A stretch of 64,000 bases of DNA. Source: Spirochaetia bacterium (lineage in GTDB: Bacteria; Spirochaetota; Spirochaetia; SZUA-6; Bin103). The notes below the pieces were generated by a model. The model was not told the DNA's origin, ran no database searches, and worked only from the letters and a program-made list of their open reading frames with translations. How positions within the stretch are numbered: the stretch's first letter is position 1; each line of letters begins with the position of its first letter. This document shows, one piece after another, positions 1-9,274 of this stretch. The stretch is from assembly GCA_965208575.1 (NCBI GenBank), contig CBDBOV010000004.1:288001-352000 (forward strand). The letters run 5' to 3'. Both the position numbers and the translations under genes were made by a program.

Positions 1-330
1 GGCGGCGACCCGCTGGCGATGGCGCGGCGCCACGCCGCACGCGTGAATCACGTGCACTGCAAGGACATCCGCGCCGCAGTGCTGGCCCGGGTGCGGGCCG
101 AGGACATGAGCTTCCTCGATGCGGTGCTGGCCGGGGTGTTCACCGTGCCCGGTGACGGCAGCATCGACTTCCGAGCGGTTGCTCACTTGCTGGCGGAGAT
201 CGGCTACGCCGGGTGGGCGGTGGTGGAGGCGGAGCAGGATCCGGCGAAGGCCAACCCGCTGACCTACGCGCGCATCGGCTACGCGGAACTGACCGCGGCC
301 CTGGCCGCGGCTCGCGTCGAGGTGGGCTGA
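1..330 (+). CDS. iolE: myo-inosose-2 dehydratase, C-terminal part (5' end outside window)
   Basis: Frame open from base 1 (GGDPLAM...); motifs HVHCKD, FLDAVLAGVFTVPGDG, GWAVVEAEQDP typical of IolE. Confidence 0.88.
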   Translation, partial: GGDPLAMARRHAARVNHVHCKDIRAAVLARVRAEDMSFLDAVLAGVFTVPGDGSIDFRAVAHLLAEIGYAGWAVVEAEQDPAKANPLTYARIGYAELTAALAAARVEVG

Positions 331-526
331 CCATGAGTGTCGCGTATGGGCACGGCGGTCGCGGTCCCCGCCCTGCGAGCGCCCACTTCCGAACCGGTGG
401 CGCATCCTGGCCGCCGCCTGACCCGTTTCGCAGTGCCGGGTTCGGCAGAGGCGCGCTCGCCGGCGCGGTGGGCGCCGGATCGGCGCGGCGCGGCCTGGGA
501 TACGCGGCGCGCACGGGGTTGTGTTG

Positions 527-1372
527 ATGCACCGCCCGCTTGGCGGCAAGGTCGCGCTGGTCACGGGCGGCGCGCGCGGCCTGGGGCGCGGCTACGCGCT
601 GCGGCTGGCGGAATTGGGCGCCGACGTGGCGATCCTCGACCGCAACCTCGATGCCGCCGCGGTCTACGAGTTCGAACGCACCCTGATGACGGCCGCCACG
701 GTGGAGGAAGAGTGCGCGGCGCTTGGCGTGCGCGCGCAGGCGCGCGAGGTCGACCTCGCCGACCGGGCCGCCGCCGAGCGGGCGGTGGCAAGCGTGGCCG
801 ACGCACTGGGCGGCATCGACATTGCGGTGTGCAACGCCGGTGGAGGCACCACCCGGTTCGCCGATGAGGCGCCCGGCGTCGGCGACGCTGCAGTGGAAGC
901 CGGGCGGGAGTCCTCCGACGTGAACACTGCGGCGACGGCGAGCGACTGCCCGCAGGACGTTCTGACCCGCGTGCTCGACATCAACCTGATGACCTGCATG
1001 TACACCTGCATGGCCGTGGTGCCGCATCTGAAGCGCCGCGGCGGCGGCAAGATCGTGACCGTGTCCAGCACCGCGGGGCTGGTGGCGTCAGGTGGCTACC
1101 ACCCGTACGGCACCGCCAAGGCGGCCATCGTGCACTACACGCGTGCCCTGGCCCAGGAACTGGGTCCGCACGGCATCAACGTCAACTGCATCGCCCCCGG
1201 CATCATCCGCACCGGCCGGCTCGGCGACCGCGCCCACCTGGCGCCGCGCATTCCGTTGCGCCGCGAAGGCACCATTGCGGATTGCGTGAAGGTGGTGGAG
1301 TTCCTGGTAACCGACCTGTCCGACTACGTGACCGGGTGCACCATTCCCATCGACGGCGGCCTGTACCACTGA
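527..1372 (+). CDS. SDR family NAD(P)-dependent oxidoreductase
   Basis: TGGARGLG Rossmann motif, NAG, catalytic YGTAK, C-terminal IPIDGG. Confidence 0.92.
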   Translation: MHRPLGGKVALVTGGARGLGRGYALRLAELGADVAILDRNLDAAAVYEFERTLMTAATVEEECAALGVRAQAREVDLADRAAAERAVASVADALGGIDIAVCNAGGGTTRFADEAPGVGDAAVEAGRESSDVNTAATASDCPQDVLTRVLDINLMTCMYTCMAVVPHLKRRGGGKIVTVSSTAGLVASGGYHPYGTAKAAIVHYTRALAQELGPHGINVNCIAPGIIRTGRLGDRAHLAPRIPLRREGTIADCVKVVEFLVTDLSDYVTGCTIPIDGGLYH

Positions 1373-1396
1373 CGCCGCGAACCGGCGGCTGAGCAG

Positions 1397-3130
1397 CTAT
1401 CCACCGGTCAGCGGGCTGGTGACGTCGCGGAAGGTCACGCGCCGTGAGGTGGCCACGTCGATGACGGTGGCGACGGGTGCGGCGAGGGCTTCGGCGAAGG
1501 CGGCCGGCAGGTCTCCGGGAGACTCCACGCGCACCCCGTTGCAGCACATCGCGCGCGCCACTTCGGCGAAGTTGGTGGGGGCGAACTCGCTCGCGATCAC
1601 GCGCTCCTGCTGGCCGTGCTTGACCCAGCCGAGGGCGCTGTTGTTGAGCACCACCACCACGATCGGGATGTTCTCGTCGCGCGCGGTCAGCAGGCCGTTC
1701 ATCGCCATGCCGAAGCCGCCGTCGCCGGTCACCGCCAGCACCTGGCGGTCCGGGTAGACCAGCTTGGCGGCCAGCGCGGCCGGGATGGCGTAGCCCATCG
1801 CTCCGATGCCGGGCATGATCAGCGACCCGGGGCTGCGGGTCTGGAAGAAGTGGGTCATGAACAGCCGGTTCTCGCCGGCGTCGCAGGTGATGAACGCGTC
1901 TTCGGCCGTGGCGTTGCAGATCTCGGTGAACAGGCGCGGCGGCAAGACCGGGCTCTCGTCGGAGTGGTAGTCGGCACCGCTGAAGAACCCCTGCTCGCTC
2001 CGGGTAGCGTCCAGGTCCGCCTTGCGCGCGGCGCGGTCCGCCTCCGAGGGGGCGCCGGCCTGGGAGACCGCGTCGTGCAGTTGCGCCAGCACCAGGGCGG
2101 CGTCGCCGACGACGGTGTGGTCGCAGGGAAACGACCAGCCGGCGTTCTTCGGCTCCACGTCCACCTGGATGAGGGTCTGTCGGCGCGGATCGATCAGCTT
2201 CGGGTTCTCGTTGGCGGTGTCGGACGGGTTCAGCCGGGTACCGACCGCCAGCACCAGGTCGGCCGCGCCCACGGTGACGTTGGCGGTGTCCTGCCCGAAG
2301 CTGCCAAGCACGCCGAGCGCAAGCTCGTGCGTTTCCGGGAACACGCTCTTGCCGGAGGCGGTGGTGGCGACCGGGGCGGCCAGCAGCTCGGCCAGGGCGG
2401 CCAGCTCGGCGTAGGCGCCGGCGATGCGCACGCCGTTGCCGGCCACGATCACCGGCCGCCGCGCGCCGGCGAGGGCCGCGGCCGCGGCCGCGACATGCGC
2501 CTCGCCGCCGTGGGCCCTGGCCGGGAGATAGCGCCCGGTCGGGTACAGTGCCGGTCGGCTGTCGGGTCCTACCGTGCCGCCGAGGGCGGCGCTGTGGTAG
2601 ATCACCCCCACCGGGCCGCGCTCGCCGCTGAGCGCGTGCTTGACGGCGAGCTGGGTGTTCTGTACCGCCTGCGCGGCGTCGTACGCGACGGTGGTGTACT
2701 TGGTGACCGCGGCGAGCGCGTTGCGCGTGTCGAACGAGCCGTAGTCGCCGGTGCCGCTCTGATACGGCGCGTGCTGCGAATAGGGCGCCTGGTCGGACAG
2801 GTCGGTCAGCAGCAGCATGGGCGAGCTGCCCATGTGTGCCTCGAGCGTGCCGAGCAGGGCGTTGGCGAGCATGAAGGCGCCCTGCCCGATGGCTACTCCC
2901 GGCTTGCCGGTGAGCCGGCCGTACACCTCGGCCATTACGCTCGCGAGCTGCTCGTGGCGCACCAGCACGGCGCGAATCGCCTCCTGGCGGTCGTACAAGG
3001 CATCGTAGAGCCGCCCCATGTTGCCGCCGATGATGCCGAACACCATGTCGATTCCGGCGCTCTCGAGCGCGCGTACGATCCCGACGCTCGCCGGTCCTTC
3101 TGCCGCCAGCAGCGGCTCGGTGGTTGCCAT
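1397..3130 (-). CDS. Thiamine diphosphate-dependent enzyme (acetolactate synthase large subunit-like)
   Basis: VRHEQ, ThDP motif GDGGFGM...NN; start chosen at ATG 3130, 7 nt after a TAGGAT hexamer. Confidence 0.88.
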   Translation of the reverse strand: MATTEPLLAAEGPASVGIVRALESAGIDMVFGIIGGNMGRLYDALYDRQEAIRAVLVRHEQLASVMAEVYGRLTGKPGVAIGQGAFMLANALLGTLEAHMGSSPMLLLTDLSDQAPYSQHAPYQSGTGDYGSFDTRNALAAVTKYTTVAYDAAQAVQNTQLAVKHALSGERGPVGVIYHSAALGGTVGPDSRPALYPTGRYLPARAHGGEAHVAAAAAALAGARRPVIVAGNGVRIAGAYAELAALAELLAAPVATTASGKSVFPETHELALGVLGSFGQDTANVTVGAADLVLAVGTRLNPSDTANENPKLIDPRRQTLIQVDVEPKNAGWSFPCDHTVVGDAALVLAQLHDAVSQAGAPSEADRAARKADLDATRSEQGFFSGADYHSDESPVLPPRLFTEICNATAEDAFITCDAGENRLFMTHFFQTRSPGSLIMPGIGAMGYAIPAALAAKLVYPDRQVLAVTGDGGFGMAMNGLLTARDENIPIVVVVLNNSALGWVKHGQQERVIASEFAPTNFAEVARAMCCNGVRVESPGDLPAAFAEALAAPVATVIDVATSRRVTFRDVTSPLTGG

Positions 3131-3137
3131 ACCGTGC

Positions 3138-3143
3138 ATCCTA
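3138..3143 (-). promoter_or_regulatory. Putative -10 box (TAGGAT) of a leaderless promoter
   Basis: TAGGAT-N7-ATG at the start of the ThDP gene; no Shine-Dalgarno. Confidence 0.45.
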
Positions 3144-3234
3144 CAACAAACGCGCCGGTAGGGTTCCGGTTTTTTTTGCGCAGGTGGTCGTGGTGGACGC
3201 GGGGCGGGAAGGCGATTAGGATGCGCGTCCAGAT

Positions 3235-4197
3235 ATGAACGACAAACCACGAATCGTCACTACACTGCAATTGGAGCCGGAGTTCGAGGCACGGCTTGCC
3301 GCCGCCGGGGAGATCGTGTCGCTCGTCGGGGCGCCCCGCGAGCAGGTGCTGGAGGCGCTGCCGTCGGCGCAGGCGTTTCTCGGCTATTTCCGGGTCGATA
3401 ACGAGTTTCTCGACGCCGGGCCGGATTTGCGCGTGGTCGCGACGTCGAGCGTGGGCTACGACTTCATCGACGTGGCGGCGGCGACCGCGCGTGGCGTCGC
3501 GGTATGCAACACGCCGGGCGTGCTGACGGCCGCCGTAGCGGATCTGACCGTGGCGCTGATCCTCATCCTGTCGCGCCGCCTGCTGGAGTTCGAGCGATTC
3601 GCTCGCAGCGGTGCCTGGGCACGCCGCGAGCCGATGCCGGACCTGGCCCACGACATTGCCGGCAAGACGCTCGGCGTGGTCGGCTTCGGACGCATCGGGC
3701 GCGAGGTGACCCGGCGCATGCTGGCGCTTGGCATGAAGGCCGTCTGGTACGACATATTCGAAGGCCCGCCGCCCGACGCCCCGGCGGCGGCGCGCCGGCC
3801 GCTCGACGACCTGCTCGGCGAAGCGGACTTCGTGTCGATCCACATGGACCTGAACGATTCCTCCCGCCACCTGATCGGGGCGCGCGAACTGTCCCTGATG
3901 CGGCCCGACGCCTACCTGGTCAACACGGCGCGCGGCGGCGTGGTGGACCAGGCGGCCCTGACGACGGCGCTGCAGGAGAACCGCATCGCCGGCGCCGGCC
4001 TCGACGTGCTGGCTCCCGAGCCGCCCGACCCGGACGATCCGATTCTCACGCTGCCCAACGTGGTGATCTTCCCGCACATGGCCACGGCGACGCACGAAAC
4101 CCGCAAGGCGATGCGCGGCCTTGCCGTGGACAACGTGATCGCGGTGCTGGCCGGTCAGCGGCCACAGGCGATCGTCAACCCGGAGGTTCTGGAGTAG
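3235..4197 (+). CDS. D-isomer-specific 2-hydroxyacid dehydrogenase (glyoxylate reductase/D-glycerate dehydrogenase-like)
   Basis: VGYD..D, NTPGVLT, GFGRIG, VNTARG, LDV..EP, PHMA motifs. Confidence 0.92.
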   Translation: MNDKPRIVTTLQLEPEFEARLAAAGEIVSLVGAPREQVLEALPSAQAFLGYFRVDNEFLDAGPDLRVVATSSVGYDFIDVAAATARGVAVCNTPGVLTAAVADLTVALILILSRRLLEFERFARSGAWARREPMPDLAHDIAGKTLGVVGFGRIGREVTRRMLALGMKAVWYDIFEGPPPDAPAAARRPLDDLLGEADFVSIHMDLNDSSRHLIGARELSLMRPDAYLVNTARGGVVDQAALTTALQENRIAGAGLDVLAPEPPDPDDPILTLPNVVIFPHMATATHETRKAMRGLAVDNVIAVLAGQRPQAIVNPEVLE

Positions 4198-4432
4198 CGT
4201 AAGGGCGCCCGGGCCGGGCAGCGGCACCGCCGACGCCCCGCTTCGCGGGAGACGCTGCGCTTTCCGGGACACCCCAAGGCGCGGGGCTTCAACGCGGCAC
4301 GGCGCCTGACGGCTAGTTGCCAAGTTCGGCGCCGTGGCGGCCGGCGGTCAGGGCCGCTCCCGGCTCCCCAACCGTTGCCGCCGGCGCAACCGGGCTACCG
4401 CGGAGGCCGCGCGGTGCGGCCGGGTTCCGGGA

Positions 4433-5224
4433 TCAGACCGGGACGCCGAGAACGTCGCGCAGTTGCGCGCCGGTGGTGCTCCAGTAGCCGCCCAGGATGC
4501 TGACGTCGGCGCCGATGGAGAAGTGGCGCACACCCAGATCGAGGTACTTCTGCGCCACGTTGGGGCTGCCGATTTCGGCGCGCGGGTGGACGCCGCACTC
4601 CAGCGAGCGGCGGAACACGAGGTCGTGGGCTTCCCGCACCTCGGGATGGTCGCGTTCGCCGATGTGGCCGGTGTTCATCGAGTAGTCGGTGGCGCCCCAC
4701 TGCACCATGTCGAGCCCCGGGATGGCCAGGATCTCTTCCAACTCGTCGACGGCGCCCTTCTTCTCGATCATCACCGCCACCACGATGTCGCGAATCGCCT
4801 TCACGTAGGCGGGGCTGCCGCCGGACCCCATCGGCACGTTGCGGCGCGCGGCGGCGCCGTACAGGCCGCTGTCCTCCGGGGTGTCGGGGCGGGCGACGCG
4901 CACACACTCGCGCACGTCTTCGGCGGAGCGGCAGTCAGTGAACAACACCGCCTCAAAGCCGGCGCCGATGCCGCGCTGGGCGAGGAACGCCTGGTGGCTC
5001 TGGTCGATCTTGATCATCGAACCGAGCCCGTACAGCTCGGCGGTGCGGCACACGTTGTCCAGGTCGTGCAGATCGAACGAGCCGTACTCGGCGACGAACT
5101 CCACGTAGTCGAACTGCCGCGTCTGGCCGAGCACTTCCACGCTCACCGGGTCGGGGTTGAAGATGCGCGTACACACCGAAATCTCATTGGCGTTCAGCTT
5201 GTTGCGCAGCGAATTGGTTCTCAC
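4433..5224 (-). CDS. HpcH/HpaI aldolase/citrate lyase family protein
   Basis: FDYVEFVAEY, VMIEKKGAV, GLDMVQWGATDYS; GTG start at 5224 preceded by AAGGAG; the longer 428-aa track ORF is read-through across the upstream GNAT in another frame. Confidence 0.85.
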   Translation of the reverse strand: MRTNSLRNKLNANEISVCTRIFNPDPVSVEVLGQTRQFDYVEFVAEYGSFDLHDLDNVCRTAELYGLGSMIKIDQSHQAFLAQRGIGAGFEAVLFTDCRSAEDVRECVRVARPDTPEDSGLYGAAARRNVPMGSGGSPAYVKAIRDIVVAVMIEKKGAVDELEEILAIPGLDMVQWGATDYSMNTGHIGERDHPEVREAHDLVFRRSLECGVHPRAEIGSPNVAQKYLDLGVRHFSIGADVSILGGYWSTTGAQLRDVLGVPV

Positions 5225-5327
5225 TCGAATCTCCTTGTCGAGGGGTAATCGATCTCGGGGCCGCAGTGTAGCACGATCGGCGCCTTGCAAGTGGGGAGTT
5301 CGCCACCAGCCGGTGACGCCGGCACGC

Positions 5328-5756
5328 TCAGCGGTGGCGGAAGTCCATTCCGTTGGTGCGGCGCTGAAATCCGAGCCCCTCGTAGAACGGCACCACGTCG
5401 TCGGCGCAATCGAGGATAGTCTTGTAGCAGCCCGCTTCCCTGGCCCGCTCGAGGAGGTAGCGAACCAGCGCCCGTCCGATCCCCCTCCCCTGCTGTTCGA
5501 CGGCCACCGCCACGTCCTCGATGTGCCCCGCCCTGCCCGCCTGGTTGATGAACTTGTGCTCGACCAGCAGGGTGGCCGCGCCCACCACGCGGCCGTCCAC
5601 CACCGCCACCGCCACCACGCAGTCAGGATTACGCTCCAAGCGCCGGAACACCTCCAGCGCACGCTCCGGCGCCAGGTCGCTGGCCGGCCGCAACGCATCC
5701 AGCGCCTCCAGGAACCCATTTCGCAGATCGTCCTCCCGCAACGTCCGCACCGTCAC
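5328..5756 (-). CDS. GNAT acetyltransferase, glucosamine-6-phosphate N-acetyltransferase (GNA1)-like
   Basis: TLLVEHKFI...GHIEDVAV, QGRGIG, GCYKTILDC, FYEGLGF are hallmark GNA1 motifs; start GTG 5756 or ATG 5783. Confidence 0.85.
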   Translation of the reverse strand: MTVRTLREDDLRNGFLEALDALRPASDLAPERALEVFRRLERNPDCVVAVAVVDGRVVGAATLLVEHKFINQAGRAGHIEDVAVAVEQQGRGIGRALVRYLLERAREAGCYKTILDCADDVVPFYEGLGFQRRTNGMDFRHR

Positions 5757-5763
5757 CGATGCC

Positions 5764-7284
5764 TTACACCTTGTTCTGGCCATCCTTCTTCCAATAGTAG
5801 TGTCTGGTCGGGAGTGCCCCTTTGACCAGGGCAGCAAGCGCCGTGGGATCGTTTGCCGTGCCATGCAGATACCGATCGGGGCGGATGGCGACGGCGCGCG
5901 TTCCGAGTTGCGCGAGATACTCCGCGCCTCCGTCCAGTTCGCCGGCGGTCGAGACGTGGATCCCCTTCTTCGCGGCGTGCGCTCGGTGGTCCCAACCGGC
6001 CAGAAGCGAGTGGTCCGCAAGGAGGGAGGGTCCGTAACCCACCAGGTCGTCCGACCGGTTGCCGGCGGGAACGCGTAGCTGCCGGGAGAGGTGGCCCGCG
6101 GCGGGACAGCCGGCCTGCCACAGGCCGGGGCCGAGGCGGGGTGAGATGGTGTTCATCTTGTACGAACCATCCGGTTGCCGGAAGGCTGACTTCAGGGCAG
6201 CCTCGCTGTCCGACGCATTGACCAGCCGGCCGAGGGCGACCGCGCCTTCGATGAAGGCCCGGACGTGCGGGTGGCGTTCGCTCTGGTAGCTGTCGAGCAG
6301 GGCGTCGTTGTGCCCGCCGCGGATGCAGAGGGCGAGCTTCCAGGCCAGGTTCGCGGCATCGCGGATGCCGGCGCACATGCCCTGGCCCATGAATGGCGGG
6401 CTCTGGTGCGCGGCGTCGCCGGCGATCAGCAGCCGGCCCCGGCGCCAGCGGGACGAAATGACCGAGTGGAACGTATACACCGCCGCCCGCTCGACTTCGG
6501 CGTCGGAAGGTGTCAGCCAGCGAGCCAGGCGGTGCCAGATGTGCTCCGGCGCGAGCGCTTGGGCGTCCGGGAGGTCGCCGATGAAGATCTCCCAGCGGCG
6601 CCGCAGGCCCGGACCCCGGACGTAGGTCATCGGGGTGTGCGGATGGCAATACTGGATGGTGAAGTCGCCCAGTTCGGGCCGCTCGTAGCGCAGCAGCAGG
6701 TCGACTACCAGCCAGCGTTCGTGGAACCCCAGGTCTTCGGGCCGGTCCGTGATCCGCTCCCGGACCTGCGACCGCGCACCGTCGCAGCCGACCACGTAAC
6801 TCGCTGCCAGCGTGCCGTGCCGGTGACCCTCGCAGTATGCGACAGTTGCGCGATCCGCATCCTGGACGATCGACATCACTTCGGCTCCCAGAACGACCTC
6901 GACTTTGGTCATGCGGCGGAGCCGATCGCGCAGGATCGCCTCCAAGTCGGGCTGGTGGAAGCGGTAACTCGGATACCAGCCCTGCGGCCCGACCTGTTGC
7001 GGACGCGGCCAGTCGAGAATCAGCTTGCCGTCGGGATCGACAAAGCGCATGCCGGCATTGATGCGGGACACCGCGGCGACCCGGTCCGCGATGCCGATGG
7101 TCTGGAAGATGCGCATCACCTCGCCATCGAAGTGAACGGCACGGGGCAGATCGAGGATGGCCCGGTCCCGCTCCAGAACCGCAACCCGCAGACCGCACAG
7201 GCCCAGCAGGTTGGCAAGCGCGCCACCGGTTGGACCGAAGCCGACGACCGCGACGTCGTAGGGCCGTCGACGTTCGCGCGGCAT
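5764..7284 (-). CDS. mhpA: FAD-dependent monooxygenase, 3-(3-hydroxyphenyl)propionate hydroxylase-like
   Basis: GFGPTG, PRAVHFDGEVMR, FHQPDLE, GCDGARS, AGDAAHQSPPFMGQGMCAGIRDA. Confidence 0.8.
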   Translation of the reverse strand: MPRERRRPYDVAVVGFGPTGGALANLLGLCGLRVAVLERDRAILDLPRAVHFDGEVMRIFQTIGIADRVAAVSRINAGMRFVDPDGKLILDWPRPQQVGPQGWYPSYRFHQPDLEAILRDRLRRMTKVEVVLGAEVMSIVQDADRATVAYCEGHRHGTLAASYVVGCDGARSQVRERITDRPEDLGFHERWLVVDLLLRYERPELGDFTIQYCHPHTPMTYVRGPGLRRRWEIFIGDLPDAQALAPEHIWHRLARWLTPSDAEVERAAVYTFHSVISSRWRRGRLLIAGDAAHQSPPFMGQGMCAGIRDAANLAWKLALCIRGGHNDALLDSYQSERHPHVRAFIEGAVALGRLVNASDSEAALKSAFRQPDGSYKMNTISPRLGPGLWQAGCPAAGHLSRQLRVPAGNRSDDLVGYGPSLLADHSLLAGWDHRAHAAKKGIHVSTAGELDGGAEYLAQLGTRAVAIRPDRYLHGTANDPTALAALVKGALPTRHYYWKKDGQNKV

Positions 7285-7292
7285 GCGCGTGG

Positions 7293-8270
7293 TCAGACCG
7301 GCCGGTTGCCGCTGAGCGCGCCCCACAGCCATGGGCAGTCGGTGGGCGGCGGCGCCTGCATGCCTTCTCTGGCCACGCCGAGCCGCAACTCGCGGTACGC
7401 CCGCTGCTGCTCGTCCGGCAGATGGGCGCGGTCGTGGCCCCAGAAGCTCGGTCCGTGCTCCATCACCTCGACCTGCCACGTGTCCGGCTCGATGATCCGC
7501 CCGCCCCACCCGGTCTCGACGAAGAAGCCGGATGGCGTGTGCGTGTAGAACGATGTCATCCAGTCGTTGGTGTGGCGGCCGAGCGTGTACGCGACCGTGC
7601 CTTCGGATTGCTGGGCAAGGTCGTAGCCCTGACCGACATCGTCGAGGTTCATGTACTCCACCATGAAGTGGTGGAAGCCGCTCTGCCCGGTGCCGAGCAG
7701 CGCAAAGCTGTGGTGCCGGCCGTTCACGTGGAAAAAGTAGAGCGGCGTGGGCTGAAGACCGTAGTCACTGAGGCGGAAGCCGAGCAGGTCGCGATAGAAC
7801 GGGAGCAGGGAGTCGATGTCTCCCGTATTCAGGACCGCGTGTCCCATGCCGAGGGGACCGGTCTTGAAGCCGGAGATGGGCCGGCCTGGATTGAAGGGAT
7901 CTTCGGTCCGCATCGGGCCGTGGAACAATTCGAGGCGATTGCCGGCCGGGTCGTACACAATTGCCAGGTCGGTGACGAACCGCCGGTCGGACAGGTTGCG
8001 GGTGCCGGGTTTGACGTCAACGCCGGCATCGGAGAGGCGTGCGCACAGCCGGTCCAGCGATGCGGCGTCCGCCACTTCCCAGCCCATGCAGGCCAGCGCG
8101 TCGCCGGGCTCCGCGGTCACGATCAGCCGCTGCTTGCGGTCATCCATGCGGAATGCCACCTGGCCGGCACCGCGATCGACCGCCTGCATGCCCAACTGGC
8201 TGCCGGCGTAGTACGACCAGTCGGGCAGGCGGTCGGTGCGAACGCCCAGGTAGCCAAGTGCCATGATCAT
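7293..8270 (-). CDS. VOC-family type I extradiol ring-cleavage dioxygenase (BphC/HsaC-like)
   Basis: LGYLGV, FRMDDR, GMGHAVL, RHHSFA, HHFMVE, LGRHTND..TSFY..TPSGFFVE; His/His/Glu metal ligands present. Confidence 0.9.
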   Translation of the reverse strand: MIMALGYLGVRTDRLPDWSYYAGSQLGMQAVDRGAGQVAFRMDDRKQRLIVTAEPGDALACMGWEVADAASLDRLCARLSDAGVDVKPGTRNLSDRRFVTDLAIVYDPAGNRLELFHGPMRTEDPFNPGRPISGFKTGPLGMGHAVLNTGDIDSLLPFYRDLLGFRLSDYGLQPTPLYFFHVNGRHHSFALLGTGQSGFHHFMVEYMNLDDVGQGYDLAQQSEGTVAYTLGRHTNDWMTSFYTHTPSGFFVETGWGGRIIEPDTWQVEVMEHGPSFWGHDRAHLPDEQQRAYRELRLGVAREGMQAPPPTDCPWLWGALSGNRPV

Positions 8271-8457
8271 GAAACCGAGCCTGCCTGTTGTACGGGCGCT
8301 TGTCCACCTGTCCGAGTGGCCGCCGTTGGCACAGGCATCATGCGGGTCGAAAATCGACGGTGGAGCGTTCCCGGAGTTGACGGGGCGGCCGTATGTTATG
8401 TTCGCCGTCGTGCGAATCTCCCGCGTCCAGGTATCCAACTCAAACACGGAGAAACAG

Positions 8458-9264
8458 ATGATTTCCCTCGCCGTCAATTCGGTTCTGTTCGATGCGTTCG
8501 ATTTCGCCACCGCCGCCCGTCATGTCGCCGCCGCCGGCTACGACGGCATCGAGATCGCGGCGATACCGGGGATGTGCGAGCACCTGGCGGTGGACCGCTG
8601 GCGCGAGCAGGCGGCGGACGTGCGCGCCACCCTGGCCGAGACCGGGCTGGCGCCGGTGTCGATGGAGACCGCCGACCGCGGCGGCGACCACTGCCTGCGC
8701 GCTTTTGAGGCGAGCGCGGAGCTGGGTATCCCGGTGGTTGCGGTAGGATCCGGCGGTACCAGCGGCGACCCTGACGACCTGCGCGAGCGTATCGCGCGGC
8801 TGGCCGAGCTTGCCGAGGCGGCAGCGCAGTTTGGCGTGACCGTGGTGTGCAAGGCGCACGTGGGCAGCGCGGTGTACGACACGCCGACCACCCTGGCCGC
8901 CATGGATGCCATCCCGTCGCCGGGGTTCGGCATCAACATGGACCCCAGCCACATCCACCGCGCCGGCGAGGTGCCCAAGGAGGCGCTACGGCAGGTCGTG
9001 TCGCGGGTGCGCCACAGCCACATCCGCGACTGCAAGGGGCGCCAGCAGGGCCCGGGAGCGCCGCCGCTGCAGGCGTGCGGGCGCGGCGACATCGACCTGT
9101 TCGGCTACTGCAAGGTGCTCACCGACGCCGGCTACGAGGGTGCCGCCAGCCTGGAGGTGATCGGCGCCGCCACGGCGGGGCTGAGCCTGGCGGAGGTGGC
9201 GATCATCGCCGCGGAGAGCTACGGCTATCTGAACGCCTGCCTCAAGCAACTCGGCGCACGCTAG
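8458..9264 (+). CDS. Sugar phosphate isomerase/epimerase (AP endonuclease 2 TIM barrel)
   Basis: GYDGIE, KAHVG, NMDPSH, HSHIRD, G.GDID, SLEV; GGAG upstream of ATG 8458. Confidence 0.85.
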   Translation: MISLAVNSVLFDAFDFATAARHVAAAGYDGIEIAAIPGMCEHLAVDRWREQAADVRATLAETGLAPVSMETADRGGDHCLRAFEASAELGIPVVAVGSGGTSGDPDDLRERIARLAELAEAAAQFGVTVVCKAHVGSAVYDTPTTLAAMDAIPSPGFGINMDPSHIHRAGEVPKEALRQVVSRVRHSHIRDCKGRQQGPGAPPLQACGRGDIDLFGYCKVLTDAGYEGAASLEVIGAATAGLSLAEVAIIAAESYGYLNACLKQLGAR

Positions 9265-9274
9265 CGTTTGCGGC

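Noticed and set aside
3136-3224. Inverted repeat GCATCCTA...TAGGATGC as a mobile-element end
   Set aside because: Better explained as two divergent TAGGAT -10 boxes; no transposase or target duplication
4286-4340. GCTTCAA-starting sequence with a CACGGCGCC/GGCGCCGTG stem, reminiscent of a type I-G CRISPR repeat
   Set aside because: Single copy, no spacers, no cas genes; more simply a hairpin between convergent genes
4433-5719. Apparent GNAT-aldolase fusion or frameshift
   Set aside because: The GNAT has its own stop at 5328 and the aldolase its own RBS and GTG at 5224; the extension is out-of-frame read-through
8377-8402. TTGACG...TATGTT promoter for the isomerase-uxuA operon
   Set aside because: Spacer is 14 bp, too short to call with confidence
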